DNA of 64,000 nt, taken from contig NC_086108.1 of assembly GCF_963921235.1 (NCBI RefSeq), forward strand, positions 76,200,001 through 76,264,000, read 5' to 3'. The DNA is from Mobula hypostoma (taxonomy: Eukaryota). Below are positions 12,786-23,705 of the stretch, piece by piece. Below the pieces are notes generated by a model. That model did no database searches and was not told the DNA's origin. It was given only the letters and a program-made list of their open reading frames with translations. Within the stretch, counting starts at the first letter, position 1; each line of letters opens with the position of its first letter. The translations under genes were made by a program, and so were the position numbers.

Positions 12786-15620
12786 CTAGTCCCACCGACC
12801 TGCACTCAGCCCATAACCCTCCATTCCTTTCCTCTCTATATAGCTGTCCAATTTAACTTTAAACGACAACATCGAACCTGCCTCAACCACTTTTGCCGGA
12901 AGCTCGTTCCACACAGCTACCACTCTCTGAGTAAAGAAGTTCCCCCTCATGTTACCCCTAAACTTTTGCCGCTTAACTCTCAACTCATGTCCTCTTGTTT
13001 GAATCTCCCCCACTCTCAATGGAAAAAGCCTATCCACGTCAACTCTATCTATCTCCCTCATAATTTAAAATACCTCTATGAAGTCCCCCCGCCCCAACCC
13101 AAACTTCTACATTCTAAAGAATAAAGACCCAACTTGTTCAACCTTTCTCTGTAACTTAGCTGACGAAACCCAGGTAACATTCTAGTAAATCTTCTCTGTA
13201 CTCTCTCTATTTTATTGACGTCTTTCCTATAATTCGGTGACCAAAATTGTACACAATACTCCAAATTTGGCTTCACCAATGCCTTGTACAATTTCAACAT
13301 TACATCCCAACTCCTATACCAAATGCTCTGATTTATAAAGGCCAGCATACCAAAAGCTTTCTTCACCACCCTATCCACATAAGATTCCACCTTCAGGGAA
13401 CTATGCACCATTATTCCTAGATCCCTCTGTTCTACTGCATTCTACAATGCCCTACCATTTACCATGTATGTCCTATTTTGATTAGTCCTACCAAAATGTA
13501 GCACCTCATATTTAACAGCATTAAACTCCATCCGCCATCTTTCAGCCCACTCTTCTAAATGGCCTAAATCTCTCTGCAAGCTTTGAAAACCTACTTCATT
13601 ATCCACAACTCCACCTACCTTAGTATCATCTGCATACTTACTCATCCAATTTACCACCCCTTCATCCAGATCATTAATGTATATGACAAACAACATTGGA
13701 CCCTGTACAGATCCCTGAGGTACACCACTAGTCACCAGCCTCCAATCTGACAAACAGTTATCCACTTCCACTCTCTGGCGTCTCCCATCCAGCCACTGCT
13801 GAATCCATTTTACTACTTCAATATCAATACCTAATGATTGAATCTTCCTAACCAACCTTCTGTGTGGAACCTTGTCAAAGGCCTTACTGAAGACAATATA
13901 GACAACATCCACCACTTTACCCTCGTCAACTTTCCTAGTAACCTCTTCAAAAAATTCAGTAAGATTTGTCAAACATGACCTTCCACACACAATTCCATGT
14001 TGACTGTTCCTAATCACACCCTGTCTATCCAGATAATAATATGTACCATCTCTAAGAATACTTTCCATCAATTTACCCACCACTGACGTCAAACTCATAG
14101 GCCAATAATTGCTAGGTTTACTCTTAGAACCCTTTTTAAACAATGGAACAACGTGAGCAATACGCCAATCCTCTGGCACCATCCCCGTTTCTAATGACAT
14201 TTGAAATATTTCTGTCAGAGCCCCTGCTGTTTCCACACTAACTTCCCTCAAGGTCCTAGGGAATATCCTGTCAGGACCCGGAGACTTATCCACTTTTATA
14301 TTCCTTAAAAGCTCCTGTACTTTCTCTTCTTTAATCATCATAGTTTCCATAACCTCCCTACCTGTTTCCCTTATCTTACACAATTCAATATCCTTTTCCT
14401 TAGTGAATTCCGAAGAAAAGAAATTGTTCAGAATCTCCCCCATCTCTTCTGGCTCCACACATAGCTGTCCACTCTGATTCTCCAAGGGACCAATTTTATC
14501 CCTCACTATCCTTTTGCCATTAATATGACGGTAGAAAACCTTGGGATTTATTTTCACCTTACTTGCCACAGCAACCTCATATCTTCTTTTAGCTTGTCTA
14601 ATTTCTTTCTTAAGATTCTTTTTACATTCTTTATGTTCCTCGAGCACCTCATTTACTCCACGCTGCCTATATTTATTGTATATATCTCTCTTTTTCCAAA
14701 CCAAGTTTCCAATATCCCTTGAAAACTATGGCTCTCTCAAACTTTTAACCTTTCCTAACAGGAACATAAAGATTCTGTACCCTCAAAATTTCACCTTTAA
14801 ATGACCTCCATTTCTCTATTACATTCTTCCCATAAAACAAATTGTCCCAATCCACTCCTTCTAAATCCTTTTGCATCTCCTCAAAGTTAGCCTTTCTCCA
14901 ATCAAAAATCTCAACCCTGGGTCCAGACCTATCCTTCTCCATAATTATATTGAAACTAATGACATTGTGATCACTGGACCTGAAGTCCTCCCCAACACAA
15001 ACCTCCGTCACCTGACCTATCTCATTCCCTAACAGGAGATCCAACACTGCCCCTTCTCTAGTTGGTACCTCTTTGTATAGCTGCAAAAAACTATCCTGCA
15101 CACATTTTACAAACTCCAAACCATCCAGCCCTTTTACAGTATGGACTTCCTAGGCTATGTGTGGAAAATTAAAATCTCCCACAATCACAACCTTGTGCTT
15201 ACTACAAATATCTGCTATCTCCTTACAAATTTGTTCCTCCAATTCTCACTCCCCATTTGGTGGTCTATAATACACCCCCATAAATGTTACTACACCTTTC
15301 CCATTCCTCAATTCCACTCAAATAGCCTCCCTAGACAAGCCCTCTAATCTATCCTGCCAGAGTACTGCTGTAATATTTTCTCTGACAAGCAATGCAACAC
15401 CTCCCCCTCTTGTCCCTCCAATTCTATCGCACCTGAAGCAATTAAATCCAGGAATATTTAGTTGCCAATCACACCCCTCCTGTAACCATGTTTCACTAAT
15501 AGCTGCCACATCATACTTCCAGGTATCAATCCATGCTTTAAGCTCATCCACCTTTCTTATAATGCTTCTAGCATTAACATAAATGCATTTAAGAAATTTT
15601 CCACCTCTTTCTCTCTGTTT
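12786..15620 (-). pseudogene. CR1 B ORF2 (APE endonuclease + RT), disrupted
   Basis: EN motifs KCIYVNARSI, ISETWL, RGGGVALLV, LDLLL, SDH; RT motifs KSPGPD, FSKAFDKV, PQGSV, YADD; spread over ORFs 15318-15731, 14745-15119, 13442-14704, 13076-13411 and 12786-13061. Confidence 0.93.
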
Positions 15621-15747
15621 ATCACTAACGGTGCAAACAACTTCACTATTTTCTTTTTCTTCCTTCTCCCCTACATCTGTTCCTACAACACACATCAAAG
15701 TTGCTGGTGAACGCAGCAGGCCAGGCAGCATCTCTAGGAAGAGGTAC

Positions 15748-15783
15748 AGTCGACGTTTCAGGCCGAGACCCTTCGTCAGGACT
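15748..15783 (-). ncRNA. Minimal type I hammerhead ribozyme motif (PLE-associated)
   Basis: Reverse complement reads AGTC-CTGACGA-A-GGGTCTCGGCCT-GAAA-CGTC-GACT, identical to 16418-16453. Confidence 0.85.
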
Positions 15784-16417
15784 AACTGAAGGAAGAGTGA
15801 GTAAGGGATTTGAAAGCTGGAGGGGGAGGGGAAGATGCAAAATGATAGGAGAAGACAGGAGGGGGAGGGATAGAGCCGAGAGCTGGACAGGTGATAGGCA
15901 AAAGGGGATACAAGAGGATCATGGGACAGGAGGTCCGGGAAGAAAGACGGGGGGGGGGGGTGACCCAGAGGATGGGCAAGAGGTATATTCAGAGGGACAG
16001 AGGGAGAAAAAGGAGAGTGAGAGAAAGAATGTGTGCATAAAAATGAGTAACAGATGGGGTACGAGGGGGAGGTGGGGCCTAGTGGAAGTTAGAGAAGTCA
16101 ATGTTGACTTCTCTAACTTCCGCTAGGCCCCACCTCCCCCTCGTACCCCAGCTGTTACTCATTTTTATGCACACATTCTTTCTCTCACTCTCCTTTTTCT
16201 CCCTCTGTCCCTCTGAATATACCTCTTGCCCATCCTCTGGGTCACCCCCCCCGTCTTTCTTCCCGGACCTCCTGTCCCATGATCCTCTTGTATCCCCTTT
16301 TGCCTATCACCTGTCCAGCTCTCGGCTCTATCCCTCCCCCTCCTGTCTTCTCCTATCATTTTGCATCTTCCCCTCCCCCTCCAGCTTTCAAATCCCTTAC
16401 TCACTCTTCCTTCAGTT

Positions 16418-16453
16418 AGTCCTGACGAAGGGTCTCGGCCTGAAACGTCGACT
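16418..16453 (+). ncRNA. Minimal type I hammerhead ribozyme motif (PLE-associated)
   Basis: Stem I AGTC/GACT, core CTGACGA and GAAA, stem II GGGT/GCCT, palindromic ACGT stem III, GTC cleavage triplet ending at 16449. Confidence 0.85.
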
Positions 16454-16585
16454 GTACCTCTTCCTAGAGATGCTGCCTGGCCTGCTGCGTTCACCAGCAA
16501 CTTTGATGTGTGTTGCTTGAATTTCCAGCATCTGCAGAATTCCTGTTATCTGTTCCTACACTCTGGTTCCCCTCTCCTCTTGTAT

Positions 16586-17997
16586 CTAGTTTAAATCCAC
16601 TGGAGCCTCTTTAGCAAACCTACCTGCAAGAATATTTGTCCACCTCCAGTTCAGATGTAAACCGCCCTGCCGGAACAGGTCCCACCTTCCCTGGAAAACT
16701 GCCCAATTATCTATAAATCTGAAGCCCTCCCTCCCGCACCATGTCTTCACCCACGTGTTGATCTGCGCTACCTTACTATTTCTAAACCCGTCTGCACGAG
16801 GAACTGGTAGCAATCCTGAGATTGCTATCCTGGAGGTGCTGTCCTTCAGCTTTGCACCTAACTCCCTAAATTCTCTTTGCAGGACCTCCTCCTTCTTCCT
16901 ATCCACGTCATTGGCCCCTACATGGACCACAACATCTGGCTGCTCACCCTCCCTCTTGCGAATACCGAGAACTCGATCCGCGATATCTCGGACCCTGGCA
17001 GCAGGGAGGCAACAGACCACCCGGGATTCTCGATCTCTTCCACAGAACCTCTTATCTGTCCCCCTAACTATCGAATCCCCTATCATTACTGCTCTCCTCT
17101 TTTCCCTCCTTCCCTTCCGAGTTCAGGGTCCCATCTCGGTGCCAGAGACGCAACCACTGCAACTTGTCCCTGGTAGGTCATCCCCATCAACAGTATCCAA
17201 AACGATGTACTTATTATTGGTGGGAACAGCCACAGGGGTGCTCTGCTCATTCTGTCTATTCCCCTGCCCTCTCCTGACAGTCACCCAGCTACCTGGGTTA
17301 ATTCCTGGGAAGCCCGGACTGTCTTACGCAGAGAGGTTAGAGAGACTTGGCTTGTACATGCTGGAATTAAGGAGATCGAGGGGGGATCTGATTAAGACAT
17401 ATAAGATTATTAAGGGATTGGACAAGATAGAGGCAGGAAATATGTTCCAGATGCTGGGAGAGTCCAGTACCAGAGGACATGGTTTAAGAATAAGGGATAG
17501 GTCATTTAGGACAGAGTTGAGAAGGAACTTCTTCTCCCAGAGAGTTGTGGAGGTGTGGAACGCGCTGCCTCAGAAGGCAGTGGAGGCCAATTCTCTGGAT
17601 GCTTTCAAGAAGGAGCTAGATAGGTATCTTATGGATAGGGTTATGGGGACAAGGCAGGAACCGGGTATTGATAGTAGATGATCAGCCATGATCTCAGAAT
17701 GGCGGTGCAGGCTCGAAGGGCCGAATGGTCTACTTCTGCACCTATTGTCTATCGTCTATTACCTGTCTCCTGACTCTTAGGGGTGACTATCTCCCTGTAA
17801 CTCCTCTCTATTTCTGCCTCTGCCTCCCGAATGATCCGAAGTTCATCCAGCTCCAGCTTCAGTTCCCTAACTTGGTTTGTCAGGAGCTGCAGCTGGATGC
17901 ACCTTTTGCAGGTGTAGTTATCAGGGACAATTGTGCTCACTCTGACTTCCCACATCTTGCAAACAGAGCACTCAACTGCTCTGACTGCTGCCTCCAT
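16586..17997 (-). pseudogene. CR1 B ORF1 (Cys motifs, coiled coil, SGNH/GDSL esterase), interrupted
   Basis: VECSVCKMWE..YTCKRC and a heptad segment (17749-17997); IGDSIVRG, HVGAND, GLHLN (16586-17086). The frame rejoins as SQETGSWVTVRRG after removing the 17296-17759 insertion; one TGA at 17123-17125. Confidence 0.9.
17296..17759 (+). mobile_element. 5'-truncated CR1 3' end inserted into ORF1 of CR1 B
   Basis: LIPGKPGLSYAERLERLGL...RNFFSQRVVEVWNALP; CTATTGT-type tail; TSD TACCTG at 17290-17295 and 17760-17765. Confidence 0.92.
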
Positions 17998-18092
17998 TAC
18001 CTACTCTTAAGGTAATTAGATTTATTAAAGGAACTTACCCAACCTTACCTCACTTGGAGTGAAGCACTTCCTCTGTCTCTACTCGCTGAAGC

Positions 18093-18225
18093 ATCAGAAA
18101 CATTAGGGGCACTTAGGAAACTCTTAGATATCTACATGGATGGTAGAGAAATGGAGGGCTCTGTAGGAGGAAAGAGTTAGGTAGCTGGGGGGAAGGCTTG
18201 TACTGTGCTGTAATGTTCTATGTGT
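18093..18225 (+). mobile_element. Older CR1 3' fragment, right part
   Basis: Continuation of 12520-12705, ending TGTACTGTGCTGTAATGTTCTATG. Confidence 0.75.
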
Positions 18226-18391
18226 TATTAGCATTCTGCAATTTGCTTGCCAGTTCAATTTCTTTCAGTACAGGAAGTAGATTAGGAATACTGTTCCCCT
18301 TTTAACTCACTAGTGTTAAGATTTTTTTCTCTTTCAAGAAGCATTTCTAGTAATAAATATTTTCATGTGTCTAGTTTGCCCAAACACACCG

Positions 18392-18528
18392 AGAAAGTGT
18401 GGCTCTGAATAAACAATTTACAAGCAATTAGAAAGCTAATGAGCTTTGTGAATATACTGCAAAGTTTACTTAGTATCATTTATTGCACAGTGGGTAAGGT
18501 ATGATTACAGTAATAAAACACATAAACA
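18392..18528 (-). repeat. Right arm of the long-range inverted repeat (perfect core 18433-18483)
   Basis: Exact reverse complement of 9909-9959, with diverged but alignable flanks. Confidence 0.9.
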
Positions 18529-19179
18529 GTCTTGCCAATTAGGGATGAGCAATGATGGAAGCACAAAAACACTGATTGTATCCAACACCAGATAAGATAA
18601 AGTATATGCTGAATGGCATAATCAGTAGTTTTATGATTGTCACACACATAGCAGTAAATAAATTACTATCTGGTCACTTGCACCGCCAAGAAGGCAGCTG
18701 AATGAATACAAATATAGTATAATGGCCTTAATTGGAGTTTCACAATAGGCAAGTGGCAAGTTTTATGTCACACTCCCGATTTCAGTTGCTGGAAAAGCTG
18801 TGGTGTAGCAGGAAGTGGGCAACTCTTTGTAGAATAGTCAAATTCTAACCACTTTTGTAAGCACAATATTAATGTAGCTGGTTGAGTTGAGTTTCTGCTT
18901 AGTGACGGTAGACTTGATAGTATTGCCATGGAATGTCAAAGGTTGGTGGGTTGCTTCTCTCTTGTTGGGCATGATTATTGTCTGGCACTTTTGTAATTTC
19001 AATTGTATATTGCCCCTTACTAGTTCTTGTTAGTCTGTTTTTGTTTATGTACAGTTTTTTCATAAATTCTATTATATTTCTTCATTTTCCTGTAAATGCC
19101 TGCAAGAAAATGAACCTCAAGATAATATACGGTGACATGTACATACTTTGATAATAAATTTACTTTTGACTTTGATGTC

Positions 19180-19740
19180 TAATACGAGCATTGAGCACAA
19201 GAGTCAGGACATCATGTTATAGCTGCACGAGATGTTGGTGAGACTGTACCTGGGATATTGTATGCAGTTCTGTTCATGATATGTTTACGCAAAAGAGAGT
19301 GCAGAGAAGATTTAAAGAATGTTGCTGAGACTGGAGGACTTGAGTTATAAGGAGAGACTAGATAGGTTAGGGTTTGGACTAGAGCAAAGGAGGTGAGGGG
19401 TCATGAGAAGCTTGGATAAGATAGATTGTCACAGTCTTTTTTTTGGCAGGGTAGGGTGGCCTAAAACTAGAGTGCATAGTTTTAAGGTGGGATGGGAATT
19501 ATTTAAAGGGGATCTGAGAGGCAAGCATTTCACACAGTTGTTTCCACAACAGCTGCCAGAGAAAGTTATAGAGGTGGGTAAAATTATGACATTTAAAAGA
19601 CATTTGGATAGGTACTTGGGTAGGAAAAGTCTCAAGGGATATGGGGCAAATGCAGGCAAATTGAACCAGCTTTGGAAGTCAATTTTGTCAGATTGGACAG
19701 GTTGGGCCAAAGGGCCTGTTTCCATAATGTAAAACTCTAG
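19180..19740 (+). mobile_element. CR1 3' fragment (degenerate)
   Basis: KTRVHSFKV...LRGKHFTQ...TFKRHLDRYL..KGYG, then GGGCCAAAGGGCCTGTTTCC 3' UTR. Confidence 0.8.
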
Positions 19741-20899
19741 AACTCTAATTCCACGACTAATAATGGTTATTTAGTTTGAAACAGCATTTATTTGAGGTTC
19801 TGAATTCTTTAATTTGTAGCAGTGTGGAGAAAACTCATGTTATACAGATATTGTCCAGTCAGTCCCATGTTTACACCTTTTGTCTTTCTTCATATTTGTC
19901 AGCCTTGCCACTTCTTGTTGCTGCCCTTGGATTATATTCCCCCCAATTTATTACTACTTTCCTACTCTGCTATACCTTACACCTTTGAATTTCTCTTGAG
20001 TAAGTCCAGTTGCTTGTGTCTTGCTTCGTATCTTTCAAAGATCCTAGTCAGGCACCTGTGTCCTTACTGCAACTATTCCAGGAACGACTTGAGCTCCCCA
20101 TTGCCTGCCACTTTAATTCCCTGTCTTACTCACATTTTGATGTTTTCGTCTCACCCTGTTAAAGAGATTCCATTTCCTCTATTTTAATACTGAAAACTAA
20201 CTTGTTTTCTTTGTTGCCATGTTTTGAATAAGGTTCTCGGTCCTGTAACATGAACTGTTTTACTTTCATGATGCTGCCTATGGTGAAAGAAATAAACAGG
20301 CCCTTCCAAGAGTCCAAATATAAGCCTCTTTGAGTATTTTCTGTGGGTACTTAACTAAAAATGATACGTGCACTTTGAGAGGGAAAGTTACTCTTCAATG
20401 TTTTAGCAATTAAGTTTAGAAGCTTATGGAGTGATTCAACAGTGAGGTTGAATTGTGAAGGCATACACAATTCTAAATACGTAATGGCCACATAAAGCAA
20501 GAGACTTTTAACTGTTCTTTTTTGTGGAGTTGCTTGCATCTGGAATTCTGTCATTTTTTTAAAAAAGTAAAATCCATAAATCTTTTTTCAAAAGAAAATC
20601 AAACAAAATACTGAATCTATGAGATTGAAGATGCATGTGGTATTGCTTTGGTTGACTTGTGAACTTGCTGCCTGCCTTACTGTGTGTTTAAAATAACTTC
20701 AGTTTTTAATTGCGGTTTAGCATTTGTAACAGATGTGATATCTCCAGATATTAACATTCATATTGACAATGCAAGTACTGAAGAATTTGAAGATTACTGA
20801 GTGATAGGTATGTTGTGCACAAAAATGTCCTCTGAGCTCTGGGCCTGAAGTTGAGTGGAAGTGGTGTGGGGAATACCAGGAAGTTCGAGCAAACATATG

Positions 20900-21023
20900 G
20901 CTAGGTTCTGCCAAAGGATCTCTGACCTAAAATATTAAAACTTTTTCTCTTTCCACAGATGCTACCAAATCTGCTGAATGTTTCTGGTATGGTGCGTTTA
21001 TTTCAGATTTTCAACGTCTGCAG
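20900..21023 (+). mobile_element. Degenerate PLE terminus/tail, interrupted by a solo LTR
   Basis: GGTTCTGCCAAAGGATCTCTGACCTAAAAT...TCCACAGATGCTACC...TTTCAGATTTTCAACGTCTGCAG; T-rich continuation after 21835. Confidence 0.55.
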
Positions 21024-21831
21024 TGAAATCCCTTTTTACAGGGCGTTTCTAGAGATGCGGCTCTTTAGCCCCTCACTAACAGCCACTGGACTTGGCGGTG
21101 AGAAAATCACCTTTCTCAAACTCCCTATGTTTAAAGTCGGTATGACTTGTGTCCCACCAGAACTGGAACGTTGCAGTGTCTCGACCACCTGAACCCCGGT
21201 CTGTGAGAATACTGTGTAAATACTGCCCCCGTGTGATTAGCCATCAGCAAGAAATAACAGATTGTATACTGCATACAATTATAAAGAAAGTATATTTACA
21301 ATTGTCAGCTTTATCAAACAGTTGGTAGGAAAAAGAAAAGGAAAAAAAAATAAAAGGGCCCATTACAGTTAACCCAGTCCAAATGTGCAGGAGTTGGAGC
21401 TTATCTGAACTTTGCGCTGGACCCACAGTCTGTGTGAAAGCATACATTATCTTCTGAATGTCATTCAAATCCATCTCGAGCAAACGGGCCTCCCCACAGG
21501 AATATTGGTTCTTCCTCCTTGAAGCCATACACCTTCTGCAACAGGGATGGCATCCTCGGCCATCTTCCCTCCTGTGTTCTCCCAACTCCGGCCAAAAAGA
21601 CCTCAGCCCACAACAGTTCCCATCACAAAAACCTCTCCACCCAGCGTTCTCTAGATCCTACTCCCACTTTCACCATCCTGATTGGCTGACACAACATTCC
21701 TGTTGAACAACATAGCCCCTTATCTTTAGCTCAAACCCAGACATGCTAAAAGCAGAACAGGCTGCTCTTACAGAACTGTTAAAATGAAATACCTACAGCA
21801 TAGCAGTAAAAATCTTAACCAGGGCGTTGCA
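21024..21831 (-). mobile_element. Solo LTR (808 bp) with 4-bp TSD
   Basis: Minus strand begins TGCAACGCCC and ends GGGATTTCA (TG...CA); GCAG is duplicated at 21020-21023 and 21832-21835; CCAAT-box-like CAGCCAATCAGG on the minus strand near 21680. Confidence 0.75.
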
Positions 21832-23193
21832 GCAGTTTTTGTGATTTTTATATTGTTGGGTGGTTTGGGCATCATGCTGGTCCTTGACTTTAGCTGAGAG
21901 GGGTTTATCCCAATCAGTTAATGGATTGGGGAGGCCATTTGTCATTACTAAGGTGCAGGTGGGAGTGGCAATGGCAGTAATATATATTGGCTGCACTGGC
22001 ATTAAGATGAGAGGCATAGAAGTGGCATAACAGTAGAATTGCATGTAGTACAGCGTAGGGGTATGGTGGATGATGATTAGTTCCTGCGAGCACAGCTATC
22101 TATATACTTTTGTCATTTTTTTGGTTTTCTTGAGAGTGATTTAAATGAAATCATCCCATGCTTGCTTTTTGTCAAAATTGGGGTAAGAAGAACAATTCAC
22201 AATTAAAAGTGCTGATTCAATTTGATGACTGACTTGATATGACTCCAGAATGAAAAGCAATTGAATCCAATTTTGCTTAACTCAATTTTACATCAATTGA
22301 TGGTCAGCATGGAGTTAGTAGGCTGAGAACTTGTTTCTGTACAGTATCCCTCTACGAATCGAGGACTTTACCACTGAAGAAAGTCAAAACATTGCATTAC
22401 AAAACTTTTGTTACACTGAAAATCATGTGGCTTTTCAAATTGATGAGTATATTAATTTAAAATTGAGTAGCTGTTAATTTTCATCAACCTTTAGTAATGT
22501 AATGGATTTCAGAGTCTTGCAATATGTAAAACAGCAACCTCATTCTCTCTGGTAAGTCCTCTCTCTTTACTGTGTGACTGTGTTGCTATCCAAAGTTGAT
22601 CGGCAGCTGCATCAATATGCAGGAGGCCTCACTATAACTTTCAGCTGTTTATTTGTAACTTAGTATTTAATGCTAATTTCATAAATCACTGAAATGCTAC
22701 ATTTTAGACAATAGACTAGATGATTTTTTGTTCCAGACAAAATATTCTATTTTTATAACCAAGTTGGGTAGAGATTTGGGATGAATGGCAACAGTGGTCA
22801 TCTTTCAGCTTTAAATGATCTGTCATTTTAAAAGTGGCAGAAGCATTGATGTCAATTATGCAAATACATCAATGGGGTAATTCATAAGTTGATTAAAGGA
22901 TGAAGTAAACACAAGTTTTAATGAATTGGTTACAATTTTTCACCTGACATTAGGATTATTAAACATTTTATGAAGTTCCCTTATGATCTATGAATGTTTT
23001 GGTTACTTGTTTTAGAAGGTCAAAAAAGACAGAAATGTTGAAAAGATCCGTTGGGTATCTATCTACTGTTCATCGATTTCATTGCCTAGACTTAATTATT
23101 TTATGATGTAATTTGTATATCATTACTTACTGAACTTTATAAAATCAAGCATTTTCTCACTTGTATAAGAAGAGTGAGCAGCTATTTAAGAGT

Positions 23194-23217
23194 GCAAACA
23201 CGAGGAAATCTGCAGAT
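23194..23217 (-). mobile_element. 24-bp PLE tail-only insertion with 13-bp TSD
   Basis: GCAAACACGAGGAAATCTGCAGAT matches the tails at 46659 and 32455; flanked by GCTATTTAAGAGT (23181-23193) and GCTATTCAAGAGT (23218-23230). Confidence 0.8.
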
Positions 23218-23494
23218 GCTATTCAAGAGTAGCCACTTGGCAAGTACATGGGCTAAATTATTATTGTATCATACTACTAGGTAGGTTGTGCAATCCAGCC
23301 ATAAGATGTAACCAAAATACTCTAAACAAATCCCTTTTATGTGATATTTTCAGGGAAACACATTTTACAGTTGTTGTTTCACTAGGGTTAGTCTTATCCT
23401 TTGGGTGTGAGACTCTTACAAGGATCTTTATCAATCAAAATTCCTGACAAAAACCTAGAAATAATAGTGTGGTCAGTAATTTCATTAGACCAGG

Positions 23495-23705
23495 GTTGTA
23501 ACTGTGGACACTTTGTTAAGCACCTCCGCTCCAGCCACCAAAAGTGGAACTTCCTGGTAGCCAAATTTTAATTCCCATTTCCGTTTCTATGCATTAGCGT
23601 GTGCCATAATGAGGCCACCCTCAGGGTAGAGGAGCAACAACTTGTATTCCGTCTGGGTAGCCTCTAACTCAATGGCACGAATATTGATTTCTCCTTCCAG
23701 CTGGA
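23495..23705 (+). mobile_element. PLE GIY-YIG C-terminal fragment (degenerate)
   Basis: NEATLRVEEQQLVFRLGSL*LNGTNIDFSF parallels DEATLRLEEQHLIFRLGSLQSDGMNIDFSNF at 45617-45823. Confidence 0.8.

Larger units (their letters stand above)
15688..16547. mobile_element. Palindromic PLE insertion (two inverted 3' ends plus 32-bp tail) with 13-bp TSD
   Basis: Arms 15686-16101 and 16104-16515 are near-perfect reverse complements; tail 16516-16547; ATCTGTTCCTACA at 15675-15687 and 16548-16560. Confidence 0.95.
12707..18092 (-). mobile_element. CR1 LINE B, near full length (ORF1 + ORF2) with two nested insertions
   Basis: (TTATATGG)n-type tail at about 12707-12725; RT and EN fragments; ORF1 at 17997-16586; candidate TSD ATCAGA at 12699-12704 and 18093-18098. 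Confidence 0.93.

Noticed and set aside
15646..16594. Several 60-141 aa ORFs occurring in mirrored pairs
   Set aside because: They are translations of the PLE non-coding terminus duplicated by the palindrome, and they recur at 32.4-33.0, 45.2-45.6 and 62.0-62.5 kb.
16755..17681. 308-aa plus-strand ORF that could look like a novel gene
   Set aside because: It is a chance fusion of the antisense frame of CR1 B ORF1 with the ORF2 C-terminus of the nested CR1 across the TACCTG junction.
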